A DNA stretch of 64,000 nucleotides, from contig CM119266.1 in assembly GCA_051294375.1 (NCBI GenBank), positions 11,349,654 to 11,413,653 on the forward strand, given 5' to 3'. Position numbers and translations under genes: made by a program. Origin of the DNA: Paraspadella gotoi (taxonomy: Eukaryota > Animalia > Chaetognatha). Shown one piece after another: positions 1 through 12,885 of the stretch (the stretch's first letter is position 1; each line of letters starts with the position of its first letter). The notes under the pieces are model-generated. The model made no database searches. It was not told the origin of the DNA and saw only the letters and a program-made list of their open reading frames with translations.

Positions 1-875
1 AAATATGGAAACTGTAGAAAAAAAAGAAAAAAATAAAGCTGAGCTGCATTACCAGCCTAAATTTAATAAAATAATGAACCTCTAAAATAAAATAGACAAA
101 CATTCATCAAGTCAAGAGATTGGAACCAAACAATCGATCGATTTATTGATACACACGAGATTGTAGGGTCAGAAAAGCTGTTTATAATTATCTTGCCCCG
201 AGTCTTAATTTTTTCCTTTTGTTCTCCTCTCTATTTTCGTTTCAGAAGGTTCGTTTTTTCCTTCCATTACTTTGTTTTTTTTAACTTTCGCGCTCCCTAA
301 TTCACATTCCTTTTTTTGCCAGGTTTGCCTTCTTTCCAAGAAAAACCCATTTATTGCTCTTTAAATTAACTCCCGGTTAAAGAGACGAGGAAAAAAGATA
401 GTAAATCTTTCGGCGAAATTGCTCCATCTACTTATACGCTGTACAAGTGTACATACCTAAGGTAGCAGCCTTCTGCTGCAGCTACATTAAACTAAACAGC
501 ATTGGAATTTTGTTTTTCAGAATTAATTTGCTAACTCCAACCACCCGTCTCCGATTCAACTCTCTTTTCCTCTCTTAATAAATTCTGCGACTATGCAACT
601 ATGTCAAAACTTTCCTCGCTGATGTGGAAATTTCAAACCAGCGAAAGAAAAAAACGGGGGAAACCAAAAAAAAAAAAAAAAGAACTGAGATAGGACCGCA
701 GAACAAACACTATTTTAAACAAGGGGGAAAAAATTAGTCCTCTTTTATTTCTTCCCTTCGGGCGCTCTCAGCTGCTGAAATTCTTTCTCCCTCCCATTTT
801 GATTACTTTCCCCTGAAAGCAAACTCTGTGTTCAAATTAAGGTTTAATTCGTTTAATTCGAGAGAGAAGATAAGA

Positions 876-937
<62 letters not shown>

Positions 938-1284
938 AAAATAATTTTCTGCCTTACTTCTCCCCCGGCGTTGCGCCTCGAAAAAGGGGAAGGAAGAAAA
1001 AAAAGGAAGATAAGAACAAAATAATAAACTATTTGTTGGTTTTCGTACATCACCCTTTTTCATTAACTTTCCAGGACCAATCAAAGTTGAGATATAATAC
1101 CTCGTTAACGAAAAAAGGTCATTAGCGAAAGTAAGGAAAGAAAATACGACGAAAGGGAACATTAAGAGCCGAACGCGAGCGGAGACTTTCTCTTGGGAAA
1201 ACAGAAAAGAATGTGGAAATTGCCGAGGATGACGGAAAGCGAAATAAAAGGAGATGGAATCGCAATAAAGACTAATGGAAAAGC

Positions 1285-1401
<117 letters not shown>

Positions 1402-1721
1402 CAAAGGAGATTCCCTGATAAAACAAAATCTTTTGTCGTACGGTAGATTGGACGGCAATTTTTTATCTCCAAACTTTCGATTATCGAAGAAAAACAACTC
1501 AGAAAAGACAACAAAAACCAAACAAACAAGATGAAAAATAAGAAACACCGACTGTCAGAAAATTTAAGTATAAACTAAAATGATCGAAACAAAACTTTCA
1601 CGACGCCATCTTGGTTTTCGAATTCGAAAACGATAGCCGTAAAAGAGCAGGAAAAATGTTTTGCAAATGAAAACAGCTCTCTCCCTCTCTCTCTCTCCCG
1701 CTCGCACGCTGCGGTTTTTAC

Positions 1722-1735
1722 GTCTCCATGGCAAC
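1722..1735. promoter_or_regulatory. RFX/DAF-19 X-box match
   Basis: GTCTCCATGGCAAC fits GTYNCY-AT-RGNAAC. A YY1-like cgccatcttg lies at about 1604-1613 in the same GC-enriched patch. Confidence 0.45.
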
Positions 1736-1880
1736 CCCCTCTTGTCCTTTTATTACCGCCCTCCCTTTTCCGCCTGCTTTTTGGGGACCCCCATTGTGGT
1801 CCTGACTTTTAAAAGTGATTTCATATTTTATTCATGAAAACCTGGCCTTCTCCTGTGCCGCTGCCGCCGAAAAGAGCGGC

Positions 1881-1973
<93 letters not shown>

Positions 1974-2495
1974 GGTTCCCTCTCCTTCAGTGTAAACTCG
2001 TCTCACTAAACCCCGAATGTGAGGAAACAATGAGACTAAAAACTGCAAGTCAAAGCTCGTTCTTCTTTTTCTTTTCTTTTCTTCTCGCTTTTATCTTTCT
2101 TTTTAATTTTCTCTCCGCGATAACAATTTATTTGAACAGTTTTTTCTGTTAATTATCGTACTTCTAGCTTCTTCTCTCTTTCTGTTACTATTTGTAATCT
2201 TTATAATGCCCTAGTGACTATTATCTACAATTTCGTCAAATCTATGTAAAAATAAAAGAAATCGTTGTAAATAATAAAAGAAATCATTTGTTTGAATCGA
2301 ATCTTGTCTCCATGTTTACGGGGAGATCCGACAGATGTCCTTCCTCGGCGCGCGGAAATTCAAATGCGATCCCAAGGGCGAAGGAGGACGTCTTTTGTTT
2401 TTTCTCCGCCTCTTTTTATCTCCTTCGCCTTCGTAACAACAGCTCCGACATCTTGTATGTTCTCGGGACGGTTCGAGAGAGAGAAGAGAGAGAGA

Positions 2496-2563
<68 letters not shown>

Positions 2564-4013
2564 GAAAGAGAGAGAGAGACATTACAAGCTGCTTGCCGGA
2601 TCCTGCTTTCCCCGCCCGGAAGACACGACGTAAATTTCACGCGGGCGCAATAAAGAAGAATGAAAGAGGAGGAGGAGGAAGAGGAAGAGGAGTAGTAGGG
2701 TTAGTACACGCCAGTTCTGAAGTAACCTCAGATGCACCAAGAGGTTATTAATGTAAATTAATGCCAACATATACGTAAGTATATGTAATTGAGTTAAAAC
2801 CATCTTTCTTTTTTTAGAATCCGAAAATTACTATATAATGAATTAACGATTACCTAAATTTCCTCGTCCAAGTCAGTCCACACCCTATCCCGCCCCGGGC
2901 TCTCGCCTTTACTCGGCTCGCCCGACTGGGCACGCCCGACAGCCTTTTTTTTTCGGGGGACGGGAAAAAAGCTCTGGGGCTCATTTGCAAGTGAAATGCC
3001 CGCGGGGGTGGCCGAGGCGGTGGCGGGGGTGTGGAGACGAGCGAAAGAGAGGGGCGGAGGGACCAGTAAGCCACGAGCATGATGTTTTGTTTTGTTTTGA
3101 AGGCTCGCTGGGGGAAAGAAGGAGGGGGAAAGGGTAGGAGAAGCGAGGAGGAGGAGGTGGGTAAAGAAAAAGGGTAAGGGAGAGTCGGGTAAGGAAGAAA
3201 AGGAAAGACGACTTCCGTTTGTTTCGACGAAAAGCGGAAGAAAACCACATTCGTCTCTTTTCGCCTTTTTAAGAGACCAAACTAGAATTCCTTCAATCAC
3301 AAGCCTACGCCGTCGCAGCTGATGCCGACGCCGCCGCCGTCGCTCCGACGCCTCCCCCCCCTACCCGCCGACACTTTAAATCCTCTCCTTACCGCCTTAT
3401 TCCTTACCTCTTCCAACTTATTTTCTATTCTGTAATCAAATTCCATTCTCCTCTTTTACCTCCTCCTTCTTCTCCTTTTCCTTCTCCTTCTCCTCTACTT
3501 CCTTTTCCCACCGCAAATTTCCTCTTTTCCTCCCCCCTCTCTCCTCTCTCCTCTCTCCTCTCTTCCTCCCCCTTCTCTCCTCGCCCCGGAACAGCCGTTC
3601 TCACTGTTTTGACTTCGGGAATTTTTTTCCCTTTTCTAAATTCTCTCTCTACCTATTTATTTTTTTTTTTTTCAAACGGGTTTTTTTTTTCCTTCACTGC
3701 GGGATGAACTTATTTATCTTTCTCTGTCTGCTCGTCTCTGTCTGTCTCTAAGGCTATCTGTTTGTCCGTCTGTTTTTCTGTCAGACTTATTTTTCCTACT
3801 CGGCCAATTAACAAAAAGAAAATTTTTAAAAAATGGGAAAAAAACAGCGCGCGTCAGAATTGAAAAGTATTTTTTCTTAGTCTTATAAAAAAAAAACAAC
3901 AGGAAAACAAAAACCAAAACATAAAAAAAGTTTTCATCAATCGACTCTCAATCCTAATTCTTTTCCTCCTCCCACTCCCCCCTCCCTTCCACCGTCTTTA
4001 TCTCTTTCCTCAG

Positions 4014-4154
4014 ATCTTCCACGCTGATTGCAGCGCCGCCACCATCCGCGCCATCTACCAGTTCCTCCTCTTCGACCGACGACGAGACGACATCAGGGGA
4101 TTTCGGTTTTCCGCGTCGGCGAAGGCGACGAGGCTGCGGAGGCCGCAGCCGCAG
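4014..4154 (+). CDS. Candidate internal exon (141 nt), product unknown
   Basis: GC-rich segment bounded by a polypyrimidine tract and tttcctcag| upstream and CAG|GTGAGT downstream. Length is divisible by 3 and two frames are open. No partner exons were identified. Confidence 0.4.
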
Positions 4155-4598
4155 GTGAGTTTAGGTTTGGGGCGGAGAGGTAAGGGTGAGGTTGGTGGGT
4201 GGGTGGAAGAGAGGTGGGCAGAGAGAGACAGAGAGGAAGGAAGAAAGAGAGAGAGGAAGGGAAAAAGAGTAAGAGAGAGAGAGACAGAGAGATAGAAAAA
4301 GAAGAAATAGAAAAAAAAAACAAGAGAAAAAAAGGAAAGAAAGAAAATAAAAAAAAAAAGAGAAGCAGAGAGAAATACCCTAAGATAATCTCGGATAGTT
4401 AAACGTCGACACTCTGCCAATCGAAAAATATAAATTATTATCCGGCCACTTGTCCTTAAATTCCTTATTAGTCATCGTCGTCGGTTGTTTTTTCTTCAAA
4501 ATTCTCTCTCTCTCTCTCTCTCTCTCTCGGTCTCTCTCTCTCTCTTTTCTCTCTCTCTTTCTCTAATCTCTTTCTCTCTCTCTCTCTCTTCTTTTCTT

Positions 4599-4637
<39 letters not shown>

Positions 4638-4638
4638 A

Positions 4639-4678
<40 letters not shown>

Positions 4679-5958
4679 TCTTCATCGTCTTCTCCTCATC
4701 TCTCCCTCTGCCCTTTTCCTACCTCCAAAAATTTTGTTTTGACGCCCGCGCCATCTCTGTCACAAACTCTTCTCCCAGAAAATCTTCAAAAGCTCCGCAG
4801 AATTCCCGTCGCGAAATCTGGCCATAATTTTTTCCTTCCAACGACGACATTAAACCCAAGTTTCTTGGCGAAATTCCGGTGGAGTCAGTTTGGCACGAGG
4901 TTCCAATGGCGCCATGGACTTTTTTTTTGGCGAGACTCTTATGTATTAAAGTTGTGAAATTTTGGGCCAAATAAAAATGTCGTTCGGTATTTTGAATGAT
5001 AAATATGAGGATAATCCATTCATATGATTATTATCATGCCTCGCCACATACATTTTTTAATCTTTTTCTCTCTCTCTCGTTTACGTTTTTGGTTCCATCT
5101 GAGTCGTATTTGACCTGTCCAAAGTGTCCATTATTAGTCGTTCCGATATTTTTATTTGTCTTTGTTTGGTCGCCCCAAAATTTACACTTTCTAATCTTTT
5201 CGTTTTATCTGATATCTGCATGAACCAATGTTTTCGGCCCTCCGGACAAAAGACGAAACGATTTTTAGACTACAAAATTGTTTCAGTCTAAATTACCTAT
5301 CTTGGTTGTACTATTTTAATACCAACGCATTCCCCCCTTTAACAAAGAGACAACCACGAAAAAACCATTACCGTTCACAACGCGTTCCATCGCCATCGAA
5401 TTAAAAAAAAGAAAGGAACAACCCGAACTCCTAAAACCAATTAGCTTTTCTATCTCTCTCTCTTCTCTCTCTCTCTCTTCTCTCTCTCATCGATCTCTCT
5501 CTCTCCTCTCCGTCTCTCTCGTCTCTCTCTCTCCATAACCTTTAAAAAAAGAGCACCGGTTCTTCCGACTCCCTCCTCCGACACTCCCCCTCCCCATTCA
5601 CCTCCTCAGCAAAAAAAATATTGGTCTCCCTTTGCATAAAAGGTTTTCAAATGTCCTGATTTCTCATTTCCTTCGTAGGCGAGTCACGCGCCTCGACGTA
5701 CGAGCCCGACCACGTGCCCCGCGCATTAAAATTCTCTCCCCCCTTTTTTTTTTAAATTTTATTTTCTCTTTAAAAGAAAAACTATTTCTCTATTATTATC
5801 TTTCTTTTTTTTCCGGGTTCAGATTCTTTATTCCTCTTCTTTTTTATTTTTATCTTTCTCTCTTTATTTTTCTTGTTTGAGCTCGGGCCGCCTCTTGAAC
5901 CTGGGTCGAGCAATTTTTGTCTCCAGCTACGACGGAAAGGCGCATTAAAATATGGCAA

Positions 5959-6065
<107 letters not shown>

Positions 6066-7228
6066 CTCTCGCTCTCTCTCTCTCTTGAAGACTAAATGTT
6101 AAAAAATAAAAAAAATAATACTCAATAATCGAAAAAAAGAGGGATAATTGCCAAGGATAATTGCTCAAAATGTTTTTCGAGTTATCTTTTCCCTTCTTTC
6201 CGGTCGAACAGTATTTTCACTAAAACTAAAACGCGACAAACTAAAAATACATAATAAAAAAGACAAGAAAAAAAAACCTTCAAAAATCTTAACAATCGTC
6301 TCTTGCCTCCCGCTATAAATAACCTGTTGGTTTCGGCTCAAACAATCATCGACTTCCGGAAAAGCGAAAAAAACCCAACCCAAGCGCAAGCCAAGCAGAA
6401 GCCAAGCAATTTCCTTGGGACTCACATGGTTGTCGCGTGGAAGAAAATGACGTTGACTCGGAAAAAAGAAAATTTAAAAAAAAACTTAAAATCGATAACT
6501 TTTTTTGACGAAAACGTCAAAAAAAGTAAAAATAGAATCATTGCTATCATACATACTTGATTCACAAACAATCATAGATTTGATGACCCGAATTCATCCT
6601 TTTAATCTGTTTTTTCCTTTTATAACTTAAGTAATACTTGAGTAATACTTCCCTATAGACAACAATGACGAAAACACGCGGAACAAAATTGCCGACAGAT
6701 TATCTCTCAAAAAACGAAAGCAATCTCACTCTATTAATCTTTCCATTCCTTGTTGTCGTCGTTGTTATTGTTGTACCTCATTCACGATGCGGAGAAAGAG
6801 TAGGCGTTCGGTTGCGGCGACCGAAGGCGGCGGTAAGAAGGCGTTGGCGTCGTAAAAATTTTACGGCCGAATCGCGGCGCTGTCGTCGGGAAGTCGGCGA
6901 CGGCAGTCGGCAAGTCGGCAGTCGGTGTCGGTAGTCGGCAGTCGGCAAGTCGGCCAGTCGGTCGTCGGTCCCCGAAAGTCGGCAGTTGGCCGCCGGCGTA
7001 AAACTGGCGCAGCTGTTCACTGAATTCAGTCTGAAAAAAAATGAGGCGGTTTTAACCCGAAAACCTTTTGTCTGGCAATCGGTCGAGCAGCAGCTGTCAA
7101 TGGACGCGCGGACGAAAGGATCGAGAGGGTCGTAAATGGAGCAACCTTTCCTCACTGTTGCAATTGCTGCAACCGTCTCTAACGATTCGCAAGTCGTCTG
7201 AGCATGCGCCAATCGCGATTCGTAGTTT

Positions 7229-7315
<87 letters not shown>

Positions 7316-7389
7316 TCATCCGGCTGCGAATCGTAACTGTCTCGCATTTTCCTTCTCTCTGATTGGCAAGTAAGCTCCTTGGTATTACG

Positions 7390-7441
<52 letters not shown>

Positions 7442-7564
7442 AATGATTGGCGACTCGATTTATTCGGAGATTTCTTTTTTATTTTTGTTCGTTTCCGATG
7501 TTTCACAAAAATCACATCTCTCCTCCTCATCCCCCCCTCCGCCCCCAACCTTCTCCCCCCCCCC

Positions 7565-8440
7565 GTCGTCTGTGCTCGGATAGTGAGGCCCTGTGATATT
7601 TTCCGTCATCCACCCTACTAAAGCTTTCTATAGTGTAGTCGTTCTGGCTCGATAGCGAGGCCCTGTGATATATTTCCGTCATCCACCCTACTAAGCTCTT
7701 ATAGTGTAGTCGTTCTGTCTCGATAGTGAGGCCCTGTGATATTTTCCGTCATCCCCCTACTAAGCTCTTAAGTTGTAGTCGTTCTGGCTCGATAGCGAGG
7801 CCCTGTGCTATTTTCCGTCATCACCCTACTAGCTCTTATAGTGTAGTCGTTCTGCTCTGGCTCGATAGCGAGCCCTGCGTGATATTTTCCGTCATCCACC
7901 TTACTAAGCTCTTATAGTGTAGTCGATTCTGCTCATATCTCTTACTTCTTTTTNNNNNNNNNNNNNNNNNNNNNNNNNGGCTCTGTGATATTTTCGTCAT
8001 CCACCCTACTAAGCTCTTTATTAGTGTAGTCGTTCTGTGTTCGATAGCGAGGCCCTGTGATATTTTCGTCATCACACCTACTAAGCTCTTATAGTGTAGT
8101 CGTTCTGCTTCGATAGCGAGGCCCTGTTGATATTTTCCGTATCCACCCTACTAAGCTCTTATAGTGTAGTCGTTCTGGTCGATAGCGAGGCCCTGTGATA
8201 TTTTCCGTATCACCTACTAAGCTCTTATAGTGTAGTCATTCTGGCTGATAGCGAGGCCCCTGTATATTTTCCGTCATCCCCCTACTAGCTCTTATAGTGT
8301 AGTGCCGTTCTGGCTCGATAGCAGAGGCCCTGTGATATTTTCCTCATCCACCCTACTAAGCTCTTATAGTGTAGTCATTCTGGCTTGATAGCGAGGCCCT
8401 GTGATATTTTCCGTCACCCACCCTACTAAGCTTTTATAGT
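7565..8440. repeat. 70-bp minisatellite, about 12 copies, interrupted by a 25-N gap
   Basis: Unit gtcgttctggctcgatagcgaggccctgtgatattttccgtcatccaccctactaagctcttatagtgta, head-to-tail with no spacers. Confidence 0.95.
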
Positions 8441-9344
8441 GCCCCAAACCACCACCCTTCCACCTCGACTCACCGACATTGACCTTCGAATGTTTCGAGC
8501 AAAACTCGAGTCGATTCGAAAAAGTTATTCGCTTTTCCATCTTTTTTTCGCTTTCTCCCTTTTTCAACGAGAGGTAGAGCGAAAGGAGACTGACTGACTG
8601 TTTATTGAATTCGTCCAACTCTCCTCTTTATCTTCCTCCTTCTCTTCCCCTCCTCCTCTTCCCCCTTCTCTTCCTCGGCGGCGGAGCTCGTCTGAAGCCC
8701 AGGGCGAATCGCTATGCAGCCCTTAGGCCGTCGGCATCAGAATGGGATGCAGATTGCCGTTTGCAGATTGCCGCTCGACGCAGATGGTAGGACGGCGAAT
8801 AGCATTGCATATTTGAAAAAAAGGGCGATCAAAATAATTACGCCCAAGGATATTGATGCTACCAAGCGTAGTTGGACGTTCGAAAAAATAGTCAAAGATT
8901 AAAAAAAATAAATTAGATACAACTGTGCGAAATACAAGATTTTTCAATATTTCGACTGTCCGACCTACTAGTCGCAGATTCCAGGTCCGCCCAGCAATAG
9001 TCCAGCATGCAGTAGCTTAAGGTTTCTTCCGTAGACATACATATCAGCGAATTAGCCATGTTGAACCGATCCTTTGCCCCAGCCGCCGCTGCGCTCCGAT
9101 CTGGCTCAGCGGTCATTTGTTCAGAGCGATGAACGGAGCGGTAAAAGATGCTGGAGACGGAGACGGCTTATTAACGAGCAGGAGAGAGAGCAGACGAAGA
9201 GACTACTAAGAGAGAGCGGAGACGAGGACACCGAGAGAGTGAGACGCAACCGAGAGGAAGAGATGAGAGAGAGCAAATTAGAGGCGAAAATGAGAGAAAG
9301 CACCCGGATTTAATGAAGAAATTGAAATGCGAGGAGACAGGGTA

Positions 9345-10690
9345 TGAATATACAATTAAATGTGATAGTAATATAAGAGGCTTATCGGAGAAAGTCAGCG
9401 TGAGAGAGAGTGGAGAAATCTATCCTGTGATTGACCCGCCGCTCTCCTGGCCGCACGGAGCGCCATAAGCGGCGGAAAATTGTCGGAACTACCTCCGGTT
9501 TATGCGTGGACTGAAGAGGAGACCTTAGCGTCAATCATCGTCAGGCAGATATTGCAAGACAGACGACGAACAGTTTCGAACGATGAACGAGGCCGGAAGA
9601 GTTTCTCGGAAGAACCTCATGTAGAATCGGAGCGGAGTGGGAAGGGTGAGGAAGAAAAACGTATAAACGGAAAGCCAACTACTTCTCCCGAAACTTGGGA
9701 CAAGGCAGATGACCGAAAACACATTGAAGCAAAGAGCGGAGAGAGAAAATCAAAGAAGAGAAAGAAATTCCCAAACATGTGAATAAGAGGGAGAGGAGAA
9801 ACTGGGAAAGAGAGCAGAGAGAAAAGGATGGGAAAAAGCTGATACTTGATGTTTATTTTTTTAACTAACGTTTTTAGATTTCATTCGGATGGGAAGTGTA
9901 GTATAATATTAGGTATGATATCACATTAAGTCTCATAGACTCGATTACTCAAAGGAGGAAGTATGGACTGGAGACGGAGACGAAGAGCAGTATAGCATAA
10001 AGTTTTAGCGCACCAGCAAGGTGAGAGGAAACATGCGAGAGATATGCAGAATACAACACCGGAGTTAGTGTAAATTGACAAGAAGGAAGAGCTCTCGAGA
10101 GAGTGGGAGAGACAGGGATCAGATGAACAAAGTGAAAATGTTTTGAAGAAATAAGAGTAGAGAGAGAGAGAGGAAGGAAAACAAGAGAAAGAGAGAGAGA
10201 GAGGACAGAACTGAGACTGGCAATGCAGGCTGCCCGCCTCGGCATAGGAGAGAGATCAGACCTTTCAGAAGAAACATTATGAAATTTACACTCCACATTC
10301 TTTTTCAATGTAATTTGAATCGGCGGCTGCAAAGACCACAGTTCCGGCATTGTATACTCGGATAAAAATGATTACAATTTCTGGACAACTTATCGTAAAT
10401 GTTGACGGGAAGCATTGCGTGAGGAGTGAACGTTAAACTTGGAATCTTCGAAAGGAAAGGCCAAAAGAGATTTTGGCTGAAAACACTATTTGCTATTTGC
10501 TAAGAGGAGCCAAAGTGTATCCGTAGGAAGAAAATGCTTCTAATTATGGATTCCGTAGGATCGGTGAGGTACTACTGCCGAGCAAGAGTTATTAACGCAG
10601 AGAGGAAGCTGCAGGTATGAGAGTTTTTGAGCATGGAAGAGACATAGACGCACGAGAGATGAGAGAATTGAGCGAGTGCAAGAAGTAGAG
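9345..10690 (+). mobile_element. Possible degraded PIF/Harbinger element (Myb/SANT-like fragment plus transposase C-terminal remnants)
   Basis: Segment absent from duplicate copy B. YAWTEEETLA...TWDK...KKFPNM resembles a Myb/SANT-like domain. Downstream frameshifted traces FSM..., YLLxGxKVYP and TAEQEL fall in the order expected for a DDE_Tnp_4 C-terminus. Very noisy; no TIRs identified. Confidence 0.33.
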
Positions 10691-10895
10691 AGAGGAGAAG
10701 GAGAGAAGTGCAAACGCCCACGATCAGAGTATTGATGCATCTGAGCGAAGACTACGGGTGACAGAGAAGAGAGAGAGAGAGAGAAAGGAGTTTCTTGGGT
10801 AGTTTGAGCCGTATTTAGCGCAACTCGGTTGGAGAAGAAAAAAAAGGGGAATATAAAAAGCCAAAAAAAANNNNNNNNNNNNNNNNNNNNNNNNN

Positions 10896-12848
10896 CTCTA
10901 TAACCTTTAAAAAAATGGAGAGCACCGGTTTTGTCTTCCCGACTCCCTCCTCGCGGACACTCCCGCCTCCCCATTCACCTCCTCAGCAAAAAAAATATGT
11001 TTGGTCTCCCTTGCATAAAAAGGTTTTCAAATGTCCTGGATTTCTCATTTCCTTCGTACGGCGGAGTCACGCGCCTCGACGTTTACGAGCCGCCGGCCCG
11101 ACCACGGTTGCCCCGCGCATTAAAATTCTCTCCCCCTTTTTTTTTTAAATTTTATTTTCTCTTTAAAAGAAAACTATATTTCCTTCTATTATTATCTTTC
11201 TTTTTTTTTTTTCCCGGGTTCAGGATTCTTTATTCCTCTTCTTTTTTATTTTTATCCTTTCTCTTCCTTTATTTTTCTGTGTTTGAGCTCTGGGCCGCCT
11301 CTTGAACCTGCCGGTGTCGAGCAATTTTTGATCTCCAGCTACGGAGCCGGAAAGGCGCAATTTATATTTTTTAAAAATTATGGAAATGCTCTCTCTCTCC
11401 CCTCTTCTCTTCTCTCTCGTCGTCTCTCTCTCTCCTCTCTCTCTCTTCTCTCTCTCTCTCTCTCCGGTCTTCTCTCTCTCTCTTCTCAGCTCTCTCGTCT
11501 CTAGAAGACTAGAACGTTTTAAAAAATTAAAAAAAAATATACTCAATAATTCGGGAAAAAAGAGGGTGATAATTTCCACCAAGGGATAATTGTCTCAAAG
11601 AATGTTTTTTCGAAGTTTGTCTGTTCCCTCTTTCTGTGGTGGACGGTTATTGTTCACTAAAACTAAACGCGACCAAATAAAAAAATACATGATAGAATTA
11701 AAAAAAGACAAGAAAAAAAAACCTTCAAACAAATTCTTACAGCAATCCGTCTCTTGCCTCCCGCCATATAGAATGTAACCCTGTTGGTTTGGCGTCAAAC
11801 ATATTCATCGACTTTACCGGAAAAGCGAAAAAAAAAAAAAAACCCAACCCAAGCGCAAGCAAAGCAGGAAAGCCAAGCAATTTCCTTGGCGACACTCAAC
11901 ATGGTGTCGTACGATGGAACAGAAAATTGACCGTATTGACTCGGGGAAAAAAGAAATTTAAAAAAAAAAATCCTTAAATTCGATAAGCTTTTTTGACCGA
12001 AAACGTCAAAAAAAGGTAATAAATAGAATCATTGCGATATCCATACATACTTGACTTTCACACAACAATCATAGATTTGATGACCCACATTCATCCCTTT
12101 TAATCTGTTTTTTCCTTTTATTAACTAAGTATTACTTGAGTAAGTACTTCCCTATAGGACAACAATGACGAAAACCACGCGGACAAAAATTGCCGGAACA
12201 GATTATCTCTCAAAAAACGAAAGCAATCTTTCACTCTATTAATCTTCCCATGCCTTGTTGTCGTCACGTTGTATGTTCATCTGTACCTCATTCACGATGT
12301 GCGGAAGAAAAGAGTAGGGCTGTTTCGTTTGCGGCGGACGAATGGGGCGGCGGTAGAAGGCGTTGGCCCGTCGTAAAATTTACGAGCCTCGAATCGCGGC
12401 GCTGTCGTCGGGGAAGTCCGGCGACTGGGGGCAGTCGGCAAGTCCGGAGTCGGATTTGTCCACACGGTAGTAGTGGGCAGTCGGCAAGCTCCGGCCAGTG
12501 CGGTCGTCCGGTCCCCGAAAGTCGGCAGTTGGCCGCCGGCCGTAAAGAACTGGCGCAGCTGTTCACTTGAATTCAGTCCTGAAAAAAAAATGAGGCGGTT
12601 TTTAACCCGAAAAACCTTTGTGATTGGCGAATCGGTCGAAGCAGCAGCTGTCAATGGCCGCTGAGCGGAACGAAAGGATCGAGGAGGAGTGCTCCATGGA
12701 AGGTCGTAAATGGAGCAAGCCGTTTCCTCACTGTATGGCAAATTGCTGCACACCGTCTTCTAACCGTTCGCAAGTCGTCTTGAGCATGCGGCCAACTCGC
12801 ATCGTTAGTTCCCCCCGGCCCCTCTCTCTCTCTCTTCTCTTCTCTCTT

Positions 12849-12885
<37 letters not shown>

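Noticed and set aside
7565-8440. CRISPR array
   Set aside because: Units are contiguous 70-mers with no unique spacers; there are no cas genes and the context is eukaryotic.
8690-9130. Possible coding segment downstream of the 70-bp array
   Set aside because: The two copies disagree heavily and no frame gives a recognisable protein.
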